A stretch of DNA of 64,000 nucleotides from Schizochytrium sp. TIO01 (GCA_004764695.1 SMSO01000037.1:3944747-4008746); one strand, 5' to 3'. Positions 25,561 through 38,874 are shown, counted from the first letter of the stretch. A program made the numbers and translations. The notes: generated by a model from the letters alone, not told the origin.

Positions 25561-25588
25561 GATTGATTGATTGATTGATTGATTGATT
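25561..25588. repeat. (GATT)7 microsatellite
   Basis: Read directly. Confidence 0.95.
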
Positions 25589-28500
25589 TTGGAAAGCATG
25601 GGATTGACGTGTGATGGATGTGTGATGGATGTGTAAGTTCGATCTTTTTTAGCAGCCTGAGTCGCCTAATACCCCTAATGTAAATATATATAAATCGTAG
25701 AGATGGATGAGTGGATGGATGAATGGATGAATGCGAATGTATTGCTGAGCAAATAAATAAGTAAGTGGTGTGAAATGATTGAGATATTGATGATGGTATG
25801 GGTGGTACTCGGGAAGCTAGGCAGCAAAGCTAGAGCTTCCAGCAATCATTCGCCTGGTTCGTTGGTCTGTAGTTGATTAAAGCTAATTTAGCTTCAAGTT
25901 GTTTGGGTGCAAGTACCGGATTCTGCCTGGCAAGATGTCCGTCGATCTTTCTGATCTTCACTACGGGCTCTTCTTCAGGTTCGTACGGTGAATGGTAGAC
26001 CTGGTAAAGTGTGCGAGTATTTGCAGCAGAATATTTGAGGAAGTAGTTTTCATTAGAAGCCAATGCGCAGTATCGGTTGAGGAGAACCGTGCGCAGGGGA
26101 GGAGGTGCTGTAATTAGATGCATCCCATGCATTATTCCTATCCATTGATGCAGACAGTCTTCCTGCGTATGTGTGTCCTACACCACATGTTTGTCTCCTA
26201 GGCTTCCTTGGCTCTTCCTTGCTGTCAGGTGGATTCGAAACTGTTTATGATCAATCCATATTCACTCAAGGGAGTATGATACAAATGTAATGATAAAATT
26301 TGACTTTCTCTCAGAATACTTGTACCTTCTACCGAAGGTCTCCAGAAAGTGCGTTAGTTGTCCGAATAATATTGCAATTTCGAAAAAAAATTATTCTGTT
26401 AGTTTTATTTATACTTTTAAAAAATTAATTTAAAATATTATAGCAAAAAAGCAAGATCATCTTATGTAGAAAATAAAAGGTGGTATTATATGCAAATCTG
26501 CGATACAAGAAGCAAGTGCCATATTTAAATCTCTTACCCATGCAAATGAAGAAACGCAAGTCCAACGAAATTGCTCGCTATAGACGAAAATCTGCTTTCT
26601 TTTCTATGATAGAAGTGACTCGTAGATCCTTTGCTACCCAAAAACGATTGGCTGTACATTCTTCACAGAAATATTAACGGAAAGCTAAATAAAAAGAGAA
26701 GAAAGGAAAACGTTTAAAACAATAGCAAGATATGATGGTAACGAAAGGAAAGGAATGGCTGAAATCGATGAGAAAGAAAATGCGCGCAAGCTAGACATCT
26801 CACCACTCCGCTGTCGGTCTACAATCGTAGTTTCTTGTTCTTTAGTAGCCTATTACAGATTAGCCGTCAATGGAAGTTTGAGAGTACTGGTTAGAATGTT
26901 TTGAGGGCAACCGCGGAGAAAAATTGGTAGATGCAGCGGGAAACGGTGTAGAGGAGAACTGAGCAATTTACATACCTCAAATTCCCAAATGAGAAAAGGA
27001 ATTGGTCATTTCGCCAACTGGCGATGAGTAGTTTGTCCTTTCTTTATGGTAAATCAAATCCAATATTCATGCTGATTGATTACTTCGGCTGGTATGGCTC
27101 ATTAACTATATGTGCAAATCCTCGGCAGAGTGAGGGCCCTCATTTTGTCCATAACCCTTTACAATAGGTACTCACTTTTTTAGAAGTCTCGAAAGCAGGA
27201 TGATGTTATGCCATCACAAATGTTTTTTATTGTCTCTCTCGTTAATGTTAATGCTGGCAAACCAACGATACTTCATCTTTTTGTATGAATTGCTGTAACT
27301 CTAGAGGTTTGGTTCATGCAACAAAAATTCACGATATCAAAACTTTCTTCCATATTTCACGACCTAGTCGCGCATTGACCAAATTGCCGTCAGCTCCATA
27401 ATAAAAAGCACCAGGGCGCTAGTTGAAGATGGATCACTCACAGTGAGGTGCTTTTTCATTTCCTTAGGCACTCCAGCACTGCTCTTTTTCTACAAATGTT
27501 GCACTAGGTCCTAGAGTAATTTTTTCTTCTTTGGAAATCAGGAGAAAGTCCAACTGCCTTCTACACAGGGAGGGGTCCGTGGATTGCTGGCAGACCGAAT
27601 TCTTATAGTCCAATCACTGTGCTATGGCAAAAGAGCGGCCTCGTGCTGGAGCGCTTACACATGGGCTTGCTAGTTTAGCCTTCTGCGCCTTTCTTTTCGC
27701 TCTTTTTTATTCCTCAGAGAAGAAAAAATTACTGACAGCATCCATCTGAACTATGATGTAGTGTTATTTTCTATCGTGTGTCATTTATAAAAACATTTTT
27801 TATAACACTTTTCTCATTAATTGTTATTGTTGTAAAAAGTTGCATTTGAAAAAATCATAGTTTTAGAAAATTTAAAAGAAAGAAAAGAGTTAGAGACAAT
27901 CTACTCCAGTTACTGTTTATGAAAACATATAGAAACAGTCTGTAAAAGTTTCTTTGCGGCTCTTTAAACTGATGATGGCACTGTTGTCAATCAGGCGCCA
28001 ATCAATGCATAGCTGACCTTCTATATACACGTCGAAGCAGTATAATTGTAGTTTCTCTCTTACTTCGAGCGAGTGGAGCAGACTGATCTTTCATAGTTTG
28101 TGCCCTTCTATTGTAAATGTAAAAAGAGAAAAGATGACTCAGGTTGCTACAATTATTGGTATGTAGTAAATTTATTATTCTTAGCATGTTTACGAAATTA
28201 TTCACTCATTAAAATAATCAATAAACTAAAATAAAACATTTTCCATCAGCCATACAACTAACTATACAGATTAAAGTTTTTGTTTTCCTTGCCGCATTAA
28301 AAATCACAGGCATTGAGTTCGAGATACCTCGTAGGGGGTGGGCGTTTAGGTTAGCATAGGGGCACTGAGAGATCCCGATTATTAGCTGCAGTGTCTTATT
28401 TAGAAGGATGAAGATGTACCTTTATCTGGAAGAACCAGGGCGGCATGAAACGAAATAATGCCAAAGAAAATGCGCCAACTTATATATTGTAGGACTCATC

Positions 28501-30983
28501 ATCATAGGAAAGGCACCGCATTCTCCCGCGAAAAATGGAGAAGAATGGTCTAAGCTTTTTTCTTTTCTTTTTTCAGGTAATTTTCTTTAAGCGAAAAGAA
28601 GGTCTAAGGAATACTCGCGGAAAGAGAGTGTGCGGAGGTGGTGCACGATGCCCCTGGTTTGGTTATATAGCTGCGGGAACTATATGCATACTGTACCCTC
28701 AGAAAGGGGGGTACTGCACGATTATCAGCATAGCTTAAACACTAATGCATAGGAATATATGAGGAACATTCTAAAAATAGAGGATGTAATATTATCATTT
28801 TAAAGAAAACAATTAAAAGAATAGAATATGCAGTATAACAGCAACTTGCTGCAGAAAGATAAAATAAATAATTCTGGCGTGTCGGGTCATGATATGGGTG
28901 CTTTTATGGAGCTGGCGACGCATCTTCTACTAATAATAAGTCTTAGCGTAGGCCTAGGTGGTCCAAAGAACTCTTCTCTTCTCTCTCCATTAAAAAGAAA
29001 GATAAAAAATAGAAAGCACTTGCTCTTTCTGCTGGGAAAGAAATAGACTGGCCGTAACTCATATTCACTCCTGTACTAAAGCAGAAAGGGTCCATGCAGG
29101 CTGAACGAGCGCGGCGCATCTTCGATCTTCTTCAGAGCTATTGAGTTCGAAAGGTCAATATAGCCATCTCTCTCCCTTCAAGTCGAGCACTTATTACTGG
29201 AGAGGTCACGGTCAAAACCACAGTCAATTCGTGAGATCGCCTGCGTTGAAAAATGGCCTGCAAATGGAATGTTTTCGCATCAAAGGATTCAACTCTTCTG
29301 TGCTTTTCCACGTAAGATGTAAAATCCAAGGATCCTCATCAACTTTTTTTCATTGATTCATTGATTCATTCATTCTGTTCAAAGGCAGCGATCGCTGCGC
29401 CACCCAGGCATACTCTAGGCCAAGGCATGACGACCGCAAGACAAGCGGGACAGAAATAAAGCTGTCAGTCAAGAGCTCTGGCAAACCATCAGCAAAGTCA
29501 TCAAGTTGAAGATCGGCAGTTCTTCGTCCTTGACCTCAAGCTCGCTAATAGCTTGGCCAGTCGCTTATTCGCCGCATGGCTGTCCAGCCTCGATCCGCCA
29601 GCAACGCATGGACTGGCAACCTTTTCAGCCTACCAAGATTTTCACCTGTTTGTCAAATACAAAGCAACTCCTTGGAGAGCAGGAAGGTTCTATCTTTCTA
29701 AAGAAAAGATTTCTATGTTATTTAAAAAATGGTTAAGTTTAGAATAAAAGCTTGTACTGTAGTGTGGGCCTAGAATCTGGTAGCAGAAACTAGAAGAGAA
29801 GAGAAAGAAATAGAAAAAGAAGAAAGTAATGATAAGCGGAACCGAGAGCAGTGAGTTCAATTTCTTTAGATCTTGACCGAAATCACCTGCGTTCTCTGCC
29901 CTTGGGATAGCTTTGCTGGCCTCACAGCTGGTTTCCAGACCAGGTCTTCAATCTAGCCTGTGAAAGCCCAATTTTTGAAGCCTTAACGCCAGACCGAACG
30001 GGCAGAGCCAGCTTCCTTTCGACGCCAAGCTAGGGTTCACTCGCTCGCTCGACCGTCCAGCGAGCCTTATGAGCCTTCACGCCCTTCGATGCTAGCGTGC
30101 ATTCGCGCTCTATGCACCGCAATCAAAACGAAATTGAGAACAGTGGTCAGGGATGCAGCGAGATTCAATGAATTGCTGCCCCAGCGCCCATGGACGGCTT
30201 GCTGCTCTCCTGAAGAGGTCCTTAGGGCATAGCGCCTCGATAATAGGTCGAGAAATCTAATAATATGCCGCTATTCATCACTTGACCCCCAAAATATGAT
30301 TGGCGGTCCAAAGAGAGAATTAGATGAGATTCGGCTAGACTTCGGACTAGACTTCGAACTAAGATCACTAAAGAAAGGACTAAAACTTGTCTAATTTTCT
30401 TTTTCCTGCTTTGATGATGAGTTTTCCTTAAAAAATAAAAATCTTTTACATTAAGAGCATAAAGAGAATGAAACTATAGTAGGTATTCAAACAACTAACA
30501 AAAGGAAATACAGCTTTGCTCTGGCTTCATTGCTCTCGCAAAGCATGTCGAGATGTTTGTTGGTCTCGGTTTCTGTCTCGCCCAGAATAAGTCTCAGAAC
30601 CTCGGCAGCAGGCACGGTGGTCCGGCTGGTCCGAGATTACGTCGATGTTCTTACAGAAAAGATGGCACAGCCGGGAAGATAGCTTCCCCCCGGGGAAGGA
30701 CCCCGCCACGCTTAACCCTCATTTCCCCTAAATGTGAAAGGTCTCGTCTTTTAGAAAGCCTTCAAATCACTCCTCCTAAGAAAGAAAACAAGAAAGAAAA
30801 CAAGAAAGAAAGATCATCATTAAAAACTTTCTTTTGCAGAAACAACCAAAAGTTCTATCTAGCTCCTAGTTTGGGTTTCTCTCGTAGTCGGTTGCTATGG
30901 GTTTATAATATTCCTAGCCGCCATACAGCTGTGACACGCTGTGGCTACTAGTTTCTTTGAGAGTTAGCTCTCAAGCCGCAGCT

Positions 30984-31050
30984 CTGCATAAGCTGCATAA
31001 ACTGCATAAGCTGCATAAACTGCATAAGCTGCATAAACTGCATAAGCTGC
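30984..31050. repeat. 9-bp minisatellite CTGCATAA(G/A) x7, alternating (18-bp higher-order unit)
   Basis: Read directly: ctgcataag and ctgcataaa alternate strictly. Confidence 0.95.
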
Positions 31051-34000
31051 TTGCCGAAATAGGCAGCGTCGCGTGGGGGGCGACGACAACTAGACCATTC
31101 TCGATCAGCAGCATGGTGAAGGCAGCGATGGACCTGCAGCCTCTCACTCAGCTGGCTTCGGGCTCTCGAAAAGCACTTTGCTTGCACTTCGACAGAAGTT
31201 TTTCTTTCTAACACTCACAGGCCACTAACTAAATCCGTGCTATTATGGTCGTCGTTGATAAGATTTTGCCGAAATACCTCGTCTTGTTATCCCCAGCGAG
31301 TACTTACTTGGCCAAAACCGAGAGCTGCTTCGGGTCTAGCTAGCGAGCACGTCTGGGACCGAGCTCGAGGCGAAGCGGAGTCGAGGTGTTCGCTAGCTAG
31401 TTAGGCAGAAGAAGAAAAAGAACAATAATATCGACTCATAACGATAGGGAGCCTGGTGTCACCAGGTTTTCAATTCGTATTCCACTTTCATCCACTTCAA
31501 CTTAGTGCCGTTAATTGGGTGGTTCAAATCTATGCGATAGACAATAACAATCACCATACCAATTAATCAACCAATCGCTAAATCCAATCCTCGTATAAAC
31601 CAGCCAATCGATCAGCACCTACCTTCAAATGGGCGAGATATTTGCAGTGCATGACTCGGAACAAACCTCGGCGGCGGAGCACGGAGGCGATGTTTACTCG
31701 CTTACTAAGATCAGCCGTCAGCGCAGCTGCGCATGGTGATCGCGAGATCGAGGGGAAATGGGTTCGAAGGCGCTGCTTCTGCTGAGTTGACCCATTTAAA
31801 AGACTTCCATGCACAAAGCTTCTTCCTGTAGGGCAGACAGATTGTACTGGTGGTAAAGGGGTAATGCTGAGGTTTTCAAAGAGGTGCTCACTAAAATAAA
31901 CTACTACACTCGATGTGCAAAGTCGGTTTGAGCGCGGCAGTGAGAAATGGGTTGAGAAAGCACTGGCCACTACAGCGAGCGATAAAGGCTCGAACCACGC
32001 GAATGGCTACTATGAACAGTGGATGCTTGAAGCTGCACTTCTTGTTTGCGTCTGCGTTTGGTTTTATCTTCTCCGCGTGGCACGAGAGAGACTTGGATTA
32101 CTGTCGCGAGGGCACACGCCACCAACTGATCATTGAGCGGAGAAGAGCATACACTACATAGGGATATATATACAAGTCTATTTAAATCTCCTCTTTTAAT
32201 TTTGAACTAATAATAATCATAATAATAACCCTGAATAAGTACTTTATTTAAAACACACCTAATAAAATAAAAATCATCCTGCTTATTTCTCAATAGTCAC
32301 CCATCATTACCCGGGATGACACTGCGCACGGTGCCCAAAAGACGATTCATAGGTCAAATCCTCGCCGAGGCAACTCTTTCTCAATCTCTGCAATCATTTT
32401 CAAGAACCCTCACTTTGTGCCACGGCGATTGCTTAGGGTACTATTCGCTGGTGCTCGCTATTTCTTTGCACTTTTGCTCATGTCGCTCACTCGTCAACTC
32501 GCACTCTCTCAAGGTTGGCTGATTTTAATCAAAGGTCGTAGGTACACCTCCATTATGGCAAACCGTAGCAGTAGAGCGCGCTCATTAGCCAGCCTAAAAC
32601 CATCACTACCCTGCACACGAAACCACCTTACAAGCTAGTATGCATGGCCAGCATCGTCATTCCGTGCACGTTGGCACGCTTAGTGGCGCACCTTAGAGGA
32701 TGAAAAGCGCCCCCAAAGTTGGCGCAAATTGGGTTCGAGTGAGGCACAAGTTCAAGATGGCGGTGGACCGGGCGGAGACGGAGATCAACTCTTTCAATCG
32801 ATCGAAGGCATCGCTAGCTCAATCATAGGTACTTGTGACTTTCGGTTTTTGGCTAGCAAGCTTCATCAACAGAAAAGATAAGACCAGTCAAAAATTCTTT
32901 CGCACAAAATTGAAATGAAATCATCCAACAATTATTCTTCGAAAATAAGACTTTGTAATATATATTTTTTTGTTTTATTTTTTTTTAAAGAAAGAAGATT
33001 TTAATCCTTTTTCAAGGCAGTAACTCTGAGCTTATGTGGAATAACAAAATCAAAAGCAGGCTGCAATAAAGGAAACCATTAAGCTCTGAAAGTGTCTGCT
33101 CAGGAAATACTGAAAGGAAAGAAAAGAAAAAGTGCGACTTTTTCCTTCATTAAACTAAACGAATCACTTTCCTAAAACCATACTGCCCAGACAGTGGGAA
33201 CCTCTAGGAGTCGAATCCGAACCGATACTTCCAAAGTTAGAAAGTAAGCTGAAGCCTGTTGCAGCTAATAGCTTTCCAAACCAGCTTTGCTGTGAAAAAA
33301 AGTTTCCCACACGGCATGGAAAATGCAATATCGACGGACAAAATCCGACAAGAGATTGATAGTTAGAAAGCGACTTTTCATTTCTATTAGGTGCTATGTA
33401 GCGAGGCGAGAACGCGATACAGAACCCATGGCAGGAATGACCAGCTTAGGAGGGATCGTCAAAGCTGTGCCCAAAGCTGTGTTCTTGGGTTGCTTCAGAG
33501 ACAAACTAGTTTGGCGGCAAAGCCCCTCTTAGGGTTGTAGGTTTCTTCTTGACACAGAAACACAGGATTAAGGAGCCTCCACGAGCTGAAGTGGCACAGC
33601 ATTCGTGGCATTTCTGTCTTCAAGGGGCTAATTCTGATCTCAGTCTACTCCCGCAGATTGTCACATATTAAAGCAAAGATATGTTGTGTCTGTAAAAGCT
33701 GTAGTTTTTTCGAATTCTATGTATTTGATGTTAGCCTTGTAGTCTTGTGACCTTGTCATCCGAGATGAATTCTCTCGTGCCCGACCTGCCTGCTATTTAA
33801 AGTCTAATTTATATTTTTGAACTCGTCAAGTACGATTGGTAATGATGAGACTCGCACAATTCGCTTCAGCTTACGGTATTCCGAAATCCCAGCCAAATCA
33901 AATTTCAATCCATAATTGTTAAATCTCTTTTCTTTTCTTTTTGTTCCTTGTAATTTGTTTTGTCTTCATTATTCTATCTTAAACTTCGGTTCACTTCGAG

Positions 34001-35499
34001 TCTGATGACTGGGAGAGAACCAAGCAACCCAATCGTAAGCTGGAGGCTGCTCCTTTTACAGTTTATGGAAGCTGCCATGTGCTCAGACAAGCAGCCGAAG
34101 CCCAAAGCAGAGTCTTGGCGACTGCATCTCGTAATTTCTGGAGACCTCTCGGTTATTTAATTGCTTGTTCTGGCCATGGAAAGCCCTAGAGCAATGATAA
34201 GCATTCCTAAGGCCGTGGGGTTCGTCGTGGAGAAGTTCTGCACTCGAACCGACGCGCTCAAAGTACGCAGGGACTGGTTGGACCCATGGAAAAGACGACA
34301 ATTATGAGGTTTCTGTGGCAGATAGCGTCAGACTGAGGGCAGATCGACGCCAAAAGACAAGCAAGCAAGACGTTGCTTGGCGTGTAGCAACCACACGCAT
34401 GTCGGAGAAAATTAACGCATATTCTTCAAAGAGCTGCGCGTATTCTCGTGTATTCTAACTGTGCTTTGATTATATTATAATAGAAAGAAAACGCAGTAGG
34501 ATCGATTGCTAAGCAAACCTCAAAGTTCTTTTCAATAATGCCTAGGTAGTCAATCATAAAATTGCCTGGTGCTTTCTTTCTACACAGTTCGTGTGTAGTT
34601 CATGTGTACGCACGCCCCTTTCAGCCGATTTTCCTGCTGTTAATCTCTCAATTGGTTGGACAGATCTTCATCACTCGCGGGAGTGTAAACCACCACGAAG
34701 AAGCCGAGCCTGAGCTCCATTCGGTGAGCTTAAAATTCCCCAAACTTGAATAAGCGATTCTACCCATTCTGTATGAACTTTCATCAGATTTTCTCTCTAT
34801 TCCTATTTGTACGTACCTACCTACTCCTTAAACTGCTGTAATAATAATGCGCCACTCTTTGACGATCCAAGAGCAGAGAAAATAAAAGCAAAAGTAGACT
34901 TTCTTTTTAAATTATATTAAAATTTCTATTCTTTAATTTCCTCTCCTCCAACCCCATAGAGCTCCTATCGGACTCCTAACAAGTCGAGGCTCTGATTCAA
35001 AACGAACGTACGTGGTGGCGTTGTGCGAGGGTGACCGCTCTTCACTGTGGATTCGGTCCTCTCACCACTATTCAAACTTTTCATACTTCGCTGCGGGCTA
35101 AGTGTGGGAGCCGCCACTACAGCACGGTAGTGGTCCGTCCGCCGAGACGCCCTATTGCTGCTGCTCTGACTGTCAACTGCAATATATATATCACAGTTCG
35201 CCCCGCGGCATCCTTCGCAGCATCTGCCCCTTGACGAGGTATGGGCGGCTCGGACGAAGATCAGCATCTGCCCAATTTCCGCAGATAAGCAGCCCACGAA
35301 GCAGGCAGGATACTGTCCATTGCTAGTTAACTGGAGGGGCTTCAAACAGACGGACCTAGCTTGTCAACTTGCGAGTCTTGGCGTCTTGTTTTCAAAGCTC
35401 GACTTTCCCAAATGAGAAACAGACGGAGGTGCCTCAGCATCAGACTATCAATTAGACAGACCAGTAGACCTTTGCTAAGCGCATCGCTAAGACGCGGGA

Positions 35500-37518
35500 C
35501 ATCAAAGAAGTATGATCTCTTCTTTCTTTTCTCTTTCTTTCTCTTTCTTTCTGTTTCTTTCTTTTTCTTTCTTCATTCGCAGCCGGAGGTTTCCAGCAGC
35601 CGAAGGCGGCTGCGAATGCCATTTTGTGGTTCTCTCTCTTTCTCACTCTCCACGCAGCTAGGCCTTTGCGGTGCTGGGTGGCTAAGTCTTTGCGGAACCT
35701 GCCCTTGCCTTGCTTCGCGATTACTTTGTGGTCGTCTTCTACGCCGTCATTGGGTTTGTTCAATTCTCTTCGTGCAATTTTCTTCCTTTCATACAACTTT
35801 CTCTGTCTGTCTCCCTCTCCCTATCTCTCTCTTTCTCTTTCTATTCCCCCTCCGTAGCATCTATATGAGTAGGTATTTTTAACTTTGTGAAAATTTAAAA
35901 AAAAAAAATCTTTCTCTCTTCTTTGAGGTAAGTAAATCTTCTGACTGATAATAATAATATTATTATTATTCCTTTTTTTTTTTCTTTTTTTAATAAATAA
36001 ATAAATAAAAAGCGATTTGGATTACTTACTTCTTTATTTCTTCTTACCTACAATTTCTTTTGTTGGTAAGATTAGAAAAAAAAAAAAAGTCGTGGAGTGG
36101 GGAGGGGCGCTGGTGATTTGTCTCTTCTGAGTTCTCTGTGTGCGAGCATGTGAGTGAGTGCGGAGGTCCTTCCCGAGTGGCGCTCGGGGGGACACAGAGT
36201 CTGCGGCCCTGGCTAATAAAATATTCTTGCGCGCTCGCCCGTGCTGGTGCAAAGCGACCATCGAGGCCTCTTCAGGTGGCGCTTGGGCTGGGCTTTTCAA
36301 GCTGCTCAAACAAACAACTTAATTGAACGAGGTCTCTCTTCTCTTCTTTCCACCAGAACGTTGTTCAAGCTCCTTAGAAGTAATAATTACGTAAGTGAGT
36401 GAGAACTACAGTACCTGCTACAGTACCTTGGTCTGCGTTGATTTTAAAAATCATCATCATAGAAAACATCAACATCAACACTGTAATCAGGTTTCCGCCT
36501 TCTTCTCTTCTGAGTCTTGTTCGATGCTTTTCACATTCGGAGGGTCTCTCTCTCTCTTTGGTCTTCGCTCCTTAGAACCTGTGAGATTGATTATCATTGA
36601 GTGAGCGAGTGTCTGAGCAGTTTCTGTGAAATAGTGTGATCGCACTCCCTTTAGTTGCTTTGAAAAAACAGGAACTGAGGAGGAAGAGACGAGGAATGAA
36701 GAGATCCTTTGAAAATAAATTTGTTGATGCTATGATCGCCCTATCCAAGTATAGAGCAACCCAGAGAGAAAAAGGAAGTATTGAGAATAGGCTAAACACA
36801 GATTTAAACATTCTCTAAAATTATTAAAGTTATACTTGTTATTACTTTGAGAAGAACTTTTTAAAAGAATGATTTTAAAAAGTTATTTATTAAAAGTTAT
36901 TTATTCATTTACTATTATTTCGAAACAAACAGACATAATATTAAAAATAAAAAAGAAAGAGATAAAAGGAAAGAAAAAAAAATATGGCGGAACTAGCAAA
37001 ACTAACAGTCTGGTAGGTTTGTTTTCTGTAAGTATATATATTAATAGATGTGTCTGTGTCTGTCTATTTGTCTCTTATTGTTGGTTTGTTTGTTTTACTA
37101 GTTCTTCCGTCTTCTAATCATAGTACTCATTTAACAAAATGCTAGCGAAATGAAAGAAAAAGCGACGGATTAAAAGAACACCAAAGTTAGAGCAAAAGCA
37201 AACCCCTAACTCGAGCGCGCCGCACGGACCTCAAGCAAACCTACAACGAAATCAATCAATAAATCAACATAGGCTTCTAGGTACCTTATCCTGCCAAGTG
37301 ACAGCAGCAGGAGAACTAGCCTACTAGGTCTCGAGGAGCTAAGCTTAACACCCCGCCAAAGCAAGGTCGACCGGACACAGCCCGAGAAAGGCAGTCAGGA
37401 AGAGATCGACAGCGATCTCGCTGCCCATCTGTAAGACCTGTTCTTTGTCCAAACCAAAGAAGCAAGGGTTTTAAACGAGAGAACCCCTTGTAGAAGTAAC
37501 CTACTTCACGCCACAACA
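35500..37518 (+). promoter_or_regulatory. Putative long 5' leader of paralogue B: CT-rich tract plus intron(s)
   Basis: Polypyrimidine CT-rich block at 35500-35860; donors gagGTAAGT (~35928) and acGTAAGT (~36391); AT-rich interior; ctaat..catAG acceptor (~37123). Confidence 0.45.
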
Positions 37519-38874
37519 ATGCAGCAACAGCAGCATCAACACGTCATGGACGCCTTCCTGGACGCCGCAAGGGACTGGGAGGCTGACTGGGCAGGTGTCT
37601 GCGATACTCATCCCCTCGATGAGTCTGAATCATGGTGGGCATCGAGCGACAACCTTTTGCCATGGGGCTCCAATGATGACCTTCTTAGCGAAGGCACCCA
37701 GTGTGTTTCGCAGCCCGTATCTCCTCGCGATGAGGTCCTCAAGGTTTCTGCCAGCACCCCATACACTATTGACAACCGCCAAATGGAAAACGTCCAGCTT
37801 GAGAAGGGTTGCGACGTCTACTTCAAGCGCCCCATCAAGGTGGAGCACGTTCATCAGCATCAGCACGAGGAGCAGCACTTTGACAACGCACTCCACTTCG
37901 GTTTCTTTGACGAACCTGCGCACCACTACCAGCCGCAACAGTCTGTTGGTGTCAAGCACGAGCGTGATGTCTCCATCAAACTGGAGAACGACGACCTCGA
38001 TTTTTACCCTATGCAACAGCCTCAGCAGCAGCAACAGCCCACCCTAAAGCGTCGCCGGGTCGAGCCTGTCATGATGAGTAGCAGCAGCCGTGCCAGCTCC
38101 GAGTCCTCGCACTCGACCGCAATGGTCTCTGCAGCTCCTTCCATGCCCTCGGCCTGTATCGAGCTTAGCCGCGGCGTCGGAGTTCCTTCAGCTCTGTCTG
38201 AGATCCACCCGAACTCTATTGACCTCAACCCTCGTGACTTCCAGAGCCTCCTTCGTGCTCTCGGTGCACAGCTGGTCGAGCGCCCTTCCCCGGATCACCC
38301 GCACCGTGTGGAGCTTCTGCCGCCCGACGTTGTTGCTGCCACTCTTCCGGAGCCCCGCACAGACCGCATTCGATACATCCAGCCTGATAAGACTTTTGTC
38401 ATGAGTTCAACCGTTCCGCTTAAGGACCGTCGCCGCTATGACTCCTTCTGTGACCAGACCCTTGAGAGTGGCGAGACAACCTTTTGGTGCGACCAGGGCA
38501 ATGCTCACTGCATGCTTGACTGCTCCAAGCCTCTCCAAGAGTCGTCTATTGATGGAAAGCATGTGAACCCGCGAACCATTCAGGTCGCCCACGCCCTTGC
38601 CAGGCGCGTTTCGGGCCTTACGCAAATGGAGCGCCCGGTTATCAAGAGCTTCTACTACGCGTTGTGCGCTCGCCCCAGCTCCAAGTCTAATGCTCGCAAG
38701 ACTAAGGGATCCCTCTCTGGATCGTGGCCTCTTGGTCTCCACAAGCACATCTATGTTCTCTGTGATCAATCTGTTAACGACCGTCACAAGATCCTCAATG
38801 GATCTCAAATCTGGCTCGTTCGTTACTTTGTCAAGGGAAAGCTCCACGCGGAGCTCGATCGTTTCTTGGTATAA
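37519..38874 (+). CDS. Putative transcription factor, paralogue B (451 aa); conserved domain ~38221-38845
   Basis: ATG in acaacaATG context; strong C-ending codon bias; same C-terminal domain; acidic/Trp N-terminus (DAFLDAARDWEADW), poly-Q, KRRR NLS-like motif. Confidence 0.92.
   Translation: MQQQQHQHVMDAFLDAARDWEADWAGVCDTHPLDESESWWASSDNLLPWGSNDDLLSEGTQCVSQPVSPRDEVLKVSASTPYTIDNRQMENVQLEKGCDVYFKRPIKVEHVHQHQHEEQHFDNALHFGFFDEPAHHYQPQQSVGVKHERDVSIKLENDDLDFYPMQQPQQQQQPTLKRRRVEPVMMSSSSRASSESSHSTAMVSAAPSMPSACIELSRGVGVPSALSEIHPNSIDLNPRDFQSLLRALGAQLVERPSPDHPHRVELLPPDVVAATLPEPRTDRIRYIQPDKTFVMSSTVPLKDRRRYDSFCDQTLESGETTFWCDQGNAHCMLDCSKPLQESSIDGKHVNPRTIQVAHALARRVSGLTQMERPVIKSFYYALCARPSSKSNARKTKGSLSGSWPLGLHKHIYVLCDQSVNDRHKILNGSQIWLVRYFVKGKLHAELDRFLV

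Noticed and set aside
30712-30730. TTAA-CCCTCATT piggyBac-like terminus
   Set aside because: No matching inverted end or transposase remnant found nearby.
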